DNA of 64,000 nucleotides, taken from positions 62,001-126,000 of the forward strand of contig QPMI01000436.1 of assembly GCA_004431415.1 (NCBI GenBank), in the 5' to 3' direction. The stretch is from Cyanophora paradoxa CCMP329 (Eukaryota > Plantae > Glaucophyta). The position numbers and the translations under genes are program-made. The notes below the pieces were generated by a model. It was given only the letters and a program-made list of their open reading frames with translations, did no database searches and had not been told where the DNA came from. Below are positions 50,039-61,500 of the stretch, piece by piece. Position 1 is the first letter of the stretch, and every line of letters starts with the position of its first letter.

Positions 50039-52268
50039 TCAGGCCTCGTCGCTCTCGACCCCGACGCGGGCCGTGGGGAGGGCGCGGAGCACAGCCTCCC
50101 GCCGGGCGTCGCCCTCGCAATAGAACCTGGGCGGCAGGCGGACCCGGACCTGCGCACACGTGCACGGGCGCTCTCAAGCCTCAAGCCGCGTTGAGGTTGA
50201 GCTCATGACTATGATCAGGCGCCGGCGGGGCCGCGGCCAGGGCGGATGTATATACGGACTTCAACATCGATGTCCCCCGTAGAGCAGCCGGCAAAGGCAG
50301 AGAGGCATTCCAGCTCCTCGACTTCGTCGCCGGACACAAAGAGGGAGAGGCGTCGGGGCGGGGCGGCCGCCAGCGCCGCGGCGAACTCGGCAAGCCGGCC
50401 GGGCGCGTGGTCAAAATCAATGACCAATTCGAGGGAGAGGCGCCCGCGGGCCGCGCCGGCCAGCCGCGCGAGCGCCGGCAGCGCCTCCCGATGCGGCGGC
50501 GCCACGTCTGTCGCGCAAAACGCTTCGTGATGCCAGAGCGGGTCAAGCAAAAGAAGAACAACCCACGCAACGATGCGGAGCTCAAGGTCTGTCAGCGATG
50601 AGGAGCGCTCCAACGCGGCCGCGAGGCCGTTCAAGACGGTTACGTCCTCGGCGTCGAGTTCCAGCGCTAGTTTGCCCACGCTCTTGAGCGCGGGGAGGGA
50701 GCCCAGCGCTGCCAGGGCTTCTTCGAGCCCCTCCTCAAAGTCCTGCGGCCGAAAAACGAGACTGAGGAGGGGGGGTGAGGGGGGGGTGGGGGTGAGGGGG
50801 AGGGAGGGAGGGGGGTGGGGGCGAACCACTAACAAGAAGTACCCGTTGAGACGCTCGAGGGCAGGGAAGCGTTGGAGGGCGCGCAGGGCCTTTAGGCTGA
50901 GCTCCGGAGAGAAACGCATGTGCCGATTCAGCACAAGCCTGAGCCCCGCGCAGTGAGAGGCTAGCTATAGGGCGATCAGAGGCAGCGGCAGGGGTGATGC
51001 ACGCACTCTTTGAGGGAGGGAGCGGTGGGGCCGGAGGCGAGCCGCTCGATTAGAGAAGCCGCGCTGAAGCTTCGCGATCCCTCAATCGCTCCGCGGTACT
51101 CGAGCGAGGGGAATCCGAAGGCGGCCGCGGTCTCGCCGATGTCGTGGTGCTCACCGCCGTACAGGAACTCCAGCTGCGGCGCAGAATGATCGCAAGCCAG
51201 TCGGAGATCTAGAGCTTCCAAGAAGGTGGGGCAGCGCACCCTCTTGAGGTTCGGGAAGCACCGAATGAGGGCCTCCGCGGCGAGCCTGCTATAGCTATAG
51301 CTAGACATACGCATGTGACCGCAATAAATTTCGACCGAGAGGCTCTCGAGGTTCGGGAAGACCAAGGGGCGGAGATGGGGATCGACCACGAGCTCGAGGA
51401 GGATTGACGCGCCGCTGAGAGATTGGTGGCGGGAATCGCAGCCCCGCAGGGCGAGGCGGCGGAGCGAGGGGCGGGCGGCGGCGCCCGGCGGCACGAGGGC
51501 ATCCAGAAGGTCAGACAGGCCGCCGTCCGGGGCGCACGAGCAGTCCACGTCGATCTCGCCCAGAACGCCAGCTCCGCCACTCGCCGCGCCGGCAGCGGCC
51601 GAGCACGCCGTGAAGAGGGAGAGAGTGGACCGCCACGCTTCATTCAAACTAGTAGTATCTTCCGTAGCGGACGTGACCTCCAGGCGAAGCGACGCGCCCG
51701 GCGCGACGCGGATCCGCTGCCCGCGACCGCCCACGCGGGCGTTGTCTTCCCCGTTGCTCCGACCCGCCGCAGAACTCCACGTGACGGCCTGTCGGGCAGC
51801 GGAGTCCAGCTGGCTCCAGTCCAGGCCTTGGGCGCCGATCAAAAGGCCCGCCAGCTGGTCCGCGCGCTCCGAGAACAGCTCGACGTCGAGCCGGCGCCAG
51901 CGGATCGCCTCGGCCGCGTCGCGCCAGCGGCGGCAGACGGCACGCACAGCGGCAGCGGCCTGCAGGCCCAGGTGCTCGAGAATCTCCGAGAGAATTCGAA
52001 TGGCATCCGGCAGCTGTGTGATCGATGTCGGCGCCGCTGCTACGGCTTCGGGATCTCCCGCTGCTGCTTCAGAATCACTGGCTGTAGCAATTTCCGTTTC
52101 CGTACGCGTGCTGGCGCTCGGCGGCGGCTCTGGTTCTGTGCGTGCGCTCCCCTGCGACGCCGCGGGCGCTGCAGCTGCGCCCGCAGCTGAATCCAGCAGC
52201 AACGCGACCGCTTCCGCCGGCGTCCGCTCGCCGCTCCGCTCAGGGTACTCCCTGAGCCGCTCGTACAC
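50039..52268 (-). CDS. F-box protein with LRR-like region (copy 2, inverted paralog of 21572-24045); start probably further upstream
   Basis: Near-identical F-box and downstream exons; last exon VRVRLPPRFYCEGDARREAVLRALPTARVGVESDEA* (TGA 50041-50039). Confidence 0.85.
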
Positions 52269-52652
52269 ATCTGCGCGTTCAATTCAACGATTCGCCCGCT
52301 TTGGCGCTTCGCAACCCCTCGCGGACCTGCAGGCATCGAAATCAGGTGCTCTTCCATGTGGGAATGGGCACACGCGCGAGGCCAGCGAGTCCAACACGCT
52401 GCTGCGGCGAAAGGCTTGGCCATGGGGTACACGCGACGATCGCGATAGCTGGCCAGCGCCATGCATGCGTTCTAGATCTCTTGAAGAATGGTTGATACGA
52501 GTACTGGCACCGCGGTGCACAGTGGCACGTATAGCTGTTTTAAAAATTATCCTGTTTCTGCTTGAGCCTCTGAAACATCCGAAGCTACTAGGCTACGCGT
52601 ACGGTACGTACGCACTTCGGCAATGCGAGAGCGCTGCGCCGAGGCGCCGCCG

Positions 52653-55600
52653 CTAGTCGCATGCCGCCGGCCCCGCCTCCGCTTCCGCCGCCCCCGCCCC
52701 CGCATCCGCTCCCGCATCCGCCTCCTCCGCCCCGTCCGCCGCCGTCTCCGCCGCCGCCTCCGCCGCCGCATTCGCGCCGGCCTCCAGCGCGGGGGCCTCC
52801 GCCCCCCCCTCCGCCCCGCCAACGCCCTCGAGCTCTTGCCCGTGCGCCCCCCGCTGCTTCTCATGCCGCTCGCACAGCGCCGGCGCCCCTGCGCGCCCTC
52901 CGTCAGCCGGGGTACACTATTACGCGGGAGGGGGTACGCCGTAACGCGCCCTCGGCGCGGACGAGCTCGACGACGAGCTCGCAGTGGGCCGTGTGGGGGA
53001 ACAGGTCGACGCCGCACGCCTGTACCCCCGATACGGTCGGTCAGTCGGTGGGGTTACAGGGTCGGTAGGGGGTACGGCGCAGCACGCACGCGGGAGGGCT
53101 TGAAGGGGGTACCGGGGAAGCCCCGAGAGGGCGGCCGGCAGAAGCTGCGCGAATCAAGGCTGGCCTCAGGGATCCGATTTCGGGAGGGGGCGAGAGGGGA
53201 GGTGGGGTACGCGCTTGACGGAGTTGTTGACGAAGGAGGAGGGGCTACAGGAGACGTAGAGGACGCGCTCGACCTGGGGCGGGGGGTGCGCGTGAGGCGG
53301 TTTCACGGTACATACAGGCGCCCTCTAAAAGGAGAGGCCTGAGGCACCTTGGGGCAGCCGCGGAGGGCCCGGATGACGTCGTTGTGGAGCCCGCTCCGCG
53401 GCGGGTCCCTGCCCGGCGCGGAGGCTTGACAAGAAAAAGGGAGGGGGCAGGGCTGCGTATCACGAGCTCTACTGGGCTAGTCTAGTTCTAGTGAGGGCAG
53501 TGGCCGTGGGCTAGTTCTCATTTAAGTTCCAGGTCAGGAGGGTTGGGGCCAGGGGGCGGGGGGCGTACACGATGGCGACGACGGGGCCGGGGGGCAGCCC
53601 CGCCACGACGCCGGGCAGAACCTGCTCGAGAGAAGGTCAAGAGGGGCTTGAGGGAAGGAATGAGGAGAGGGGGGGTGTGGGGGGGGGGGGGTAGGACCTT
53701 CTCGGCGCGTCCCGCCATGAACGAGCAGTTGTGAATGCCTGCGAACGAAGGTTCAAGAGGATAGATGGGGGGGGAGATGGATGGGAGGGGGGTACCGTTG
53801 AGGGCGGCGTTGCTGCGGGCGTCCTCGACCGTCTCCTCCACGATGTCCACCCCGATGACGCGCTCCTGCGCTATATTTAGAATTGGGGGGTACGTGGGTG
53901 GGGTAGCTCCGGGGGGGTACCGCCGAGCGGGACATGACGAGGCCGATGGTGCCCGTCCCGCAGCACACGTCTGCTTCAGGCATCAAAAAGAGCGGGGGTG
54001 GGAGGGGGGGGGAAGCGGGGGGGTACGGGCCCAGGAGGGTGGTGCCCGGCCCCAGGTCGGCCCACTCGCGGAGCTTTCCGTACAGAACCTCCGCGCACTT
54101 CGTGTTCACCTGAGCGGCGAGCTCGGATCGATCCGGCTCAGCTGAGGGGAGAGAAAGAAAGCTGGGGGTACCTGGAAGAAGGCGGAGGGAGATATCCGGA
54201 ATCTGTTTGGGCCGTGGGAGAGGGCGATGAGTGCGGGGGCGGGAAAGAGGCGGCGGGGGGTACGGGGGCGCGCATGAGGTCGAAGAGTTGATCGTGGATG
54301 TGGGAAGCCCCCGTGAGCACGCGGCACTCGTTCTGTACCCCCGCCTGATCCAGAAAAAAGTCAGGGGGGAGGGGCGCCTCCGGGGGGTACCGGGGTACGC
54401 GCGTTGGACATCCCGTCGGAGACATGGACCAGGAGCGACGCGAGGCGCATACCCTCCCCCAGGTCCAGGCCCCCCATCCTCGCGGCCAGCGCCTGCGGCA
54501 AAATTGAGCGAACGAAGAAGAAAACTGATCAAGGGGGGTACCTGGATCTCCGCCTCGGCGACGTCACGCTTGCCTGCCTGGTCCCCCCCGTCCGCCAGAT
54601 TCTTCTCCGCCACGTGAATTACGGCCATCACTAAGAAGGAAACGAGAGTCAGGCAGGGCGAGAAGGGAGGGGGAGGGGTACAGGAGCGCGCGCCCTCGCC
54701 GGTGACGCCCTGCCGGACGAGGAGGCCGCGCCAGTACCCCGCGTGGGTCCGCTGGTCGTAGGGGGGTAGGGCCGAGGAGGCGAGATGCTCCTCGAGGGCC
54801 CCGGCGATGGCCTTGGCCGCCGGCGAGACGTGCCGGCAGTTCGCCACGCCCTGCCCGGCCGGCGTGAGCACAAGGAAGCGAAGGCGCGGGGTACGAGAAG
54901 GAGGAGGAGAAGAAGAACGAGGATATAGTGCCCGGCGTGAGCACAAGGGGCTGGGGTATGCAAATGCGGCACTGAAGGGAGCGCGTACGGGACGGGACGC
55001 AGGAAGAAGGAGGAGGAGGAGGAGGGTATAGTGCCCGGCGTGAGCACAAGGGAGGAGGGGAGGGTTGAAGGGAGACGCCTTCGCTACTAAGCGCGCGCAA
55101 TGTGACGCAGGAAGCCCCGCAGCGGCTACGGGACCCAACCGGGGGGTATGTGAACGTTTTTTTTCACAAAAGGGAGCGCGTACCCCGACGGAGTGGACGC
55201 CGTCGCGGAAGAGGCCGAGCATGAACCCCACCACGGGTCTGGCGAGAGGAGGGGTTAGGGGGGAGAGGGGGGGGGGGGGGGGGGGGGAGGTGGAAGTAGG
55301 GAAGGATAAGCTAGGATAGAAGGGGAGGGGAGGGGAGGGGAGGGGTGCGGGGCCCGCACTTTGAGCCGGGCGGCGAGTCGGGCGCGTAGCCGATGCTGAA
55401 CTCGCACTTGTTGCGGTACCCCTCCACCACGGGGCTGGCCTCCACGGATACCAGGGTACACGCCACCCGCCCCGACCTTTCGGCGACGGTTCGGTACGAC
55501 TCGCGGGAAAGCGTGAGAGGGGGTAGGTACGGGGGGCGCACGGGGCCATCCAGGAGGGGTACGGCTTCTTCTCTCGCGCCATCTCCCTCGCCATCGCCTT

Positions 55601-56703
55601 CGTCGTCTGGCGTACCCCTCTGGAACCGGCGACGGGTACAGGAATCAGAAACAAACGGACCTGCCGGAGGAACTCGAGCAGCTCGTGGCGCTTCTTCCTC
55701 AGCTGATCCTCGTACGGCTTCCTGTGGGGGGTACGCGCGCATCTCAGTTCAGTTCGGAGGCGAACGAAGGCCCGCCTGCGCACGTCCAGAGGGGGGTAGT
55801 GGCGTCCTCGGCGGTGCGGGGGGCATCCTTCTTCTCGCCGCCCTCGCCCTCGCCGTTGGCGCCCCTGCGCCGCTTCCCGCCGCCTCCGGCGGCACCGGTG
55901 CCCTCCCCCTCTGCGGCCCGGGATCGGCCTGCGCGGAAGGCGGGGGGTACAGGGACGAGGAAAGTACCGGCGGCGGCCCCCTCCGCGGCGCCGCCAGCGT
56001 CGGCCTCCTCACCGTCCGATCCCGACCCCCTGACGCGGGTCAGGCCGCGGCTCCGAGCAGACCGGCCGGCCCCGCGCGCGCGCACTCTTTTCGCTGCCGC
56101 TTCTTGAATCGGTCGTGCTCAAGGGGGGTAGCTTCGCCGATCTTCATCGGCTTGCCCTTGTCTGCGTGCGGGGGCCGTGGGCGGCAGGAACGCGCGGGGA
56201 GGCGGGCCGGGATCGGGACGCACGGCGGAGGGCGGATATGGGTTCCCGCGCCGCTTCCTTGTCCTCTGGCGTGTCGAAAATGACGAACGCGTACTTGTCC
56301 TGCGCGACCGGGCGGCGCAGCCGGCGTCAACTGAAAGCGGCGGCGTGCCCGCGGGCCATGTCCGGCATCGCGGCGCGAGCGCTTCGATTATAAGCGCACC
56401 ATGTTGTTCTTCTTGACGCGCTTGAACCGGATGCTGCGGGCCGCGATCAGCGCAACGCGGTCTAGCTAGCGGGCCGGTCTCACTTTGCGCCCTGAAGCTG
56501 CTTGGTCAATTGCTTCTCTGTGAGGTACTGGAACGTCCTGCGCGCGCAGGGTCAGCGTGCGCGCCCGCCCGCAGCGGGGTGACCCACTTTGCGGTGACGA
56601 AGAGCTTCAGATCGGCCGCAACCGATCCGGGCGTCTCCGCTTCGCGGGGCGTGTCAGCCTGTGCCTCCGTCTGCGGCTGTGCATCCTCGGTCGGGCCCTC
56701 CAT
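52653..56703 (-). CDS. TRMT2A: tRNA (uracil-5-)-methyltransferase homolog A, multi-exon
   Basis: N-terminal RRM-like KYAFVIF, TTPLW..PYEDQLRKK, ASPVVEGYRNKCEFSIG, VGFMLG, HAGYWRGLLVR, FRISPSAFFQVNT, LDVCCGTGTIG, DPPRSGLH, YVSC, VDLFPHTAHCE. Confidence 0.95.
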
Positions 56704-56775
56704 CGCGCTCAGCCGGCTCGACCGCTTTCTTTTTTTCTAGACGGGTATCGGTAAACAAGAGAAGGCTCAGACAAG
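56704..56775. promoter_or_regulatory. Putative very compact bidirectional promoter
   Basis: Only 72 bp between the divergent ATGs of TRMT2A and the GLTP-fold gene. Confidence 0.5.
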
Positions 56776-58148
56776 ATGGCGGCAAGGCTCAACTGCGCTG
56801 CTCTGATCGCACGCGTGCGGGCTTGCAAACCCTATAAAGTGGTGGCGACGTGCGTTCTGGTCCCGCCGGCCTTCTCCCTTCTCTGCTGCCGCCCGGGCGC
56901 TGTAGCGCGACGCAACGCATTTGCACATCTAGCGCACCACGCGGGAAGCGTTTTCTAGCCCGTCCGGCGCCTCTGGGTTTCTAGCCGTTGGCGCCGGCTG
57001 ACTTCGGTTGCCGTGCAGGGGCGAGTGGGAGGTCCCTCTCGAGCCGGTGAGTCTTCTGGATACGCTTCGCACTCGGCCGAGTCCGGCCCCGCGCTGTACT
57101 CCGACTTCCGTCCCGCCCGCGGGCCGCTTCCAGTCCGGCTCGGCCAGCGGCTTAACGCGCTCCCCCGCTCGGCAGTTCGTCCTGTTGCTGCAGGAGCTCG
57201 CGAACGCCTGCAACTCGATCGGCGAGCTGCTGAAGGGCCCCGCCAACAATGTGATGTTCAAAGCAGGACTGCTGGCGAACATCATGCGCAGGTGCCCGCC
57301 GCCGCCGCTCGCGCGCCTCTCCGCTCCCGTCTTACGCGACCGGGGCGCAGCAAGAACGCGGCGGCTATGGCCGTCGAGGTCGTGGAGGGATCGCAGCAGA
57401 GCGCCCCCGGGAACGACTGGATCTGCTCCTGCCTCCCCTTCCTCAGCGGCGCCGCGGACGCCGCCCCCTCCCCCTTCTCCTCCACCCGCAAGATCGTCAC
57501 CGTCCAGTCCATGATCCGGTACCCCCCTCCCTCCCCTCGTACCCCCTCGCCCGGCTCAGGCCCGGATACGCCCGTTCTGCAGGGACGAGATCCGCCGCCG
57601 CGTTTCCACCGAGGCCCGCTCCGGTACCCGCGCCGCCATTTTCGGCCGCTACGTCCTCGAGGTACGCCATACCCCCCTTCCCCTTCCATCCCGGTACCCC
57701 CAACGCGCCCGCAGCTCGTCGTCATCTTCGTTCGCGTCCTCATGGACGACGCCAAGTCCCTCGTGCGCTGCGCGCGCGTACCCCCGGGGGCCTGTATTCA
57801 CGTGTTCTCCCCCCCGCTTCGCAGCGCGAGGGGGCCTCGATCGCGTACCAGAGCACTCTGGGGCGGCGCGAGACGGGCGTGGTGCGCTCTCCTCGGGCTT
57901 CCTCTTCTTCTCTCCAGATCGAATCGCGACGTCGACGCGATTTGATCCGGGCGCGCCCCGCCACGCAGGTGCGCGGCGCGGTGGACATGGCGATCAACGG
58001 CCTGCCCGAGAAGGGGGACTTCTACCGCCGCAACGGCCTCACGAACGAGTCGGCGAAGGATCAGTTCCGCTCCTTCGCCGACGAGGCGGCCCCCGTCGCC
58101 CGCTCCGTCATCACCTTCTCCAAGCAGAACCGCCTCGAGGAGTACTAG
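56776..58148 (+). CDS. Glycolipid transfer protein (GLTP/ACD11) fold protein, multi-exon
   Basis: VPLEPFVLLLQELANACNSIG, TVQSMIRDE, SGTRAAIFGRYVLELVVIFV, YQSTLG, VRGAVDMAINGLPEKGDFYRR, FSKQNRLEEY*. Confidence 0.75.
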
Positions 58149-58555
58149 CGATATAGCCAGCTAGGTAGCGCGGTTATGTTAAGGTATACGTTTGTATTCG
58201 CGTATGCAATGCAGTATCACTACCCTAGTACATGCACTGTGAGGCACATGTAGAATACTTAAATCATACGGTGCGATTTCGAATTCAAGGCTTCGAAACG
58301 GAAAGAGCAATAGGCGCGACGCTCCTAGGCGCACGGACTAATTTAGTAACAGGGGCGCATAACACATAGACCGATAAATCCTGACGCGCGGGGCGCATAA
58401 AACGCATATAAGAAATGCTGGGGAAAGGGCGATCTAGAGCTACGTTTCCTAGAGCAAGCTGACTGCGGCGCGGGCACTTGGACACGGCTAACCTACAATG
58501 CTGAGTGCTGATCACCACCACCTCTTGGCGCCCTCTGGGCTCTGCTCCGGCGTGG

Positions 58556-61500
58556 CTACGCCCGTGAAGTAGTGCTCGGGGGGCGCTGCCCGGGCGCGCG
58601 GTCAGAGTCTAAAGGGGCCGGGAGAAGCTTAAGGGGCGCCGGGCGGGGCCGAACCCTCGGCGTCCACGATGACGTTCTCGTCGCGCTGCTTGTAGTGGAT
58701 CTTGACCTCGGTGGGCTGCGGGGGGTACGGCGTAAGAAGAGAGGGGAGGGGTACGGCGAAGGAAAGAGAACGCGCCGGGCGGATGCGGTTGATTCCCCAG
58801 AGGCCGAGCGTGACGCCGAAGAACTGAATGAGGCCGCAGACGAGCGCGCCGGCCCACAGCGGCCGCACCTGCCGCGGATTTGAATTAAAAAAATTTGAAT
58901 AATTTGATCCGGTTCGGCGGGCGGGCGTACCCCCCCGTCGACGGCCTTGGCGCAGAACGCAGACTTGATGGCGTCCGTCCAGAGGGTCCGCACCTGCGAA
59001 CGGAGGAAGCGCTTAGGCGGGCCGCGCTCGAGGCGATCGAATCAAAGCCGGACAAAGGCGCAGGCGATGCCGCCTTCTAGCGTCTAGGGGCCCGGCCGAG
59101 CCTAAGGAATCGGGGCTGGGCGAAGGCGAGTGCGCCGCTCGCTCGCTGCTCAGCTTTTAAGCGCTTAGCCTTAAGCCTCTGCCTCTGATGAGCCGAGCCT
59201 AACGAATCGGAGCTGGGCGGCGCGGCACCTGGGTGCAGGAGAGGCTGCCCTTGTTGCCGACCATCAGGCTCACGAAGTTGGTCACCTGGGATTGCCCAAG
59301 GTTAAGCTGTAAGCTGAAGGTTTGGCATCGAGTTAGGTGCGTTCTGGCTGTAGCTTAAGCTTAGTTTTCTCTGGCTTAAGCTTTCGGCTTTCAGTCTGTC
59401 CTTCAGTTATTAGCTTGAACTTTCGGCTTCAGCCCCGTACTCGCCTGCTGGAAGTTCTTGGCCTCGAAGGTGCGCAGCATGCCGTTGAACTGCAGGCCCG
59501 ACGCCCGCTCTGCATGCGAAGGAGGGGTCAACAACGAAGGAATAAAGGAGAAAAGGGGGGAGGGGGGGGGGGAGGGGCTGGCTCGCTCAGGGCTCAAGGC
59601 TTTGAAAACGTAGAAGGAGGAAGCAAAAGCAGGAAGGCAGGGAGGAAGGGGCCCGGGCGGGGTCGGCGGGGAGGGACGGCCCCCTTCCGGTGGGGTCCCA
59701 TTAAAGGCGTAAGGGAAGAAGGAAACCGGGGCGGGGCGCGCGGTCTGGGGGCAGGGATGCCCCCGTCCGAAAGGACCGCCAGGCGTCCGTGTGCCTTCAT
59801 GGATGTCTTAAAGGCTAAAGGCTTAAAGGCTAAGGGTCTAAAAGGGTCTAATTTATGTAAGGGTCTAATAATGGGCGGGGCGCACGGTCGGCGGGGAGGG
59901 ATGTCTAATGTCTAAAGGCTTCGGGAGGGTGGCGGGGCGCACGGTCGGCGGGGAGGGAGGTCTGGGTGCGGAAGGACCACCAGGCGTCCGTGTGCCCGTT
60001 CGTGAAGAGCACGACGGAGCCCTTCGCCGGGGCCGAGCACCTGCGCGGGGGGAGGGCGTGAGGGGGCCGAACGAGCGAGAGGGGGCGAGAGGGAGGGAGG
60101 GAGGGAGGAGGGAGGGCGACTAAGGCCTCTAAGGTCCTAACTACTAAGGCCTCTAAGGTCCTAACTTTAAACCTAAGATCCTAAGGATATCTTCGCCCAA
60201 GATCCTTAGGATATCTCTAAGATCTCAAGCCTCAGGCTCACTTGAGAGCTATGGGGGGGGGGGGGGGGGGGGGGGGGGGCGGCCCTATTGCTAGGGCAAG
60301 CTTCTAGGTCTTAAGGCCGGGGAGGGGGGGGAGGGGGGGGAGGGCGGACGCGAGCACTTCTCGATCTGTTAGGGCGAGCTGCTACGCCCAGGTCCTCCAC
60401 CCAGTCTTCTCGCGGGTTCTAGAGGGAGATATCCAACGATATCTTGGAGATCTTAAGCCCAAGACCTCTTAGGTCCGCTCACTTGAGGGCGTTCTTGGCG
60501 TCCTTGACGAGGAATCGTAAGATCTCTAAGACCCTAACTTTAAACCTAAGATCCTAAGGATATCTTCGCCCAAGATCCCAAGGAGAACTCAAAGATCTCA
60601 AGCCCGCTCACTTGAGGGCGTTCTTGGCGTCCTCCACGACGAATCACGACTAAGGCCTCTAAGATCCTAAGGAGATCCTGAGGATATCTTCGCCCAAGAT
60701 CCTTAGGATGTCTCTAAGATCTTAGGCCTCAGGCTCACTTGAGGGCGTTCTTGGCGTCCTCGACGACGAATCACGACTAAGGCCTCTAAGATCCTAAGGA
60801 GATCCTTAGGATATCTCTAAGATCTTAGGCCCAAGATCCTAAGCCCGCTCACTTGAGGGCGTTCTTGGCGTCCTCGACAACGAAGACGTCCGCGCCGTCC
60901 GAGTAGGGGTCCCCGCCCGCCGCCGCCACCGCCGGCCAGTCCACCAGCACCGGGTTGTTCGTCGCCCCCGCTGGAGATCGAATCGCGTCGGACCAGATTC
61001 TTCCGAGAGAGCAGCGGCATAGGCTTCTAGGCATATGCCTAAGGCAGAACGGCCTAGGAAGCGCGCCTAGGCCTAGGAAGCGCGACCGGGGCGCGTCGGA
61101 CCGAGTCGAAGAAGAAGACGAAGAAGAAGAAGGGCGTGGCCGGGGCCTAGACGCCAAGGGCCGCCGCGCAACTAGACCGGGGCCAGGGCCTAGGCTAGAG
61201 TTCTCCTAAGGATCTTGGAATTCAGATCCTAAAGATCTCTTTAGGATCTTAGGTTCAAGATCCGAGAGTTCTCCTCAGGATCCTAGAAGGGCCTAGGGCC
61301 TAGAAGGGCGGGGTGGGGCCAGGGCCGCACCGCACGCGGCGCCGGAGACGTCGTTGAGCTGGTTGGTGAGGGTCTGCGTCAGCTCGTCCACGCCCTTGAT
61401 GACCGACGAGAGGTCCACCGCGCCCCCGATGCGGCCCAGGACGCCGCCCGAGCCCCCAGGTAGTCCTTCAGCTCCTTCTCGAACTGGCGGAGGCCGGCGC

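Noticed and set aside
60120-60890. CRISPR-like repeat-spacer appearance
   Set aside because: Spacers are themselves repeats, the unit is a copy of a host exon end, the context is a eukaryotic intron, and there are no cas genes.
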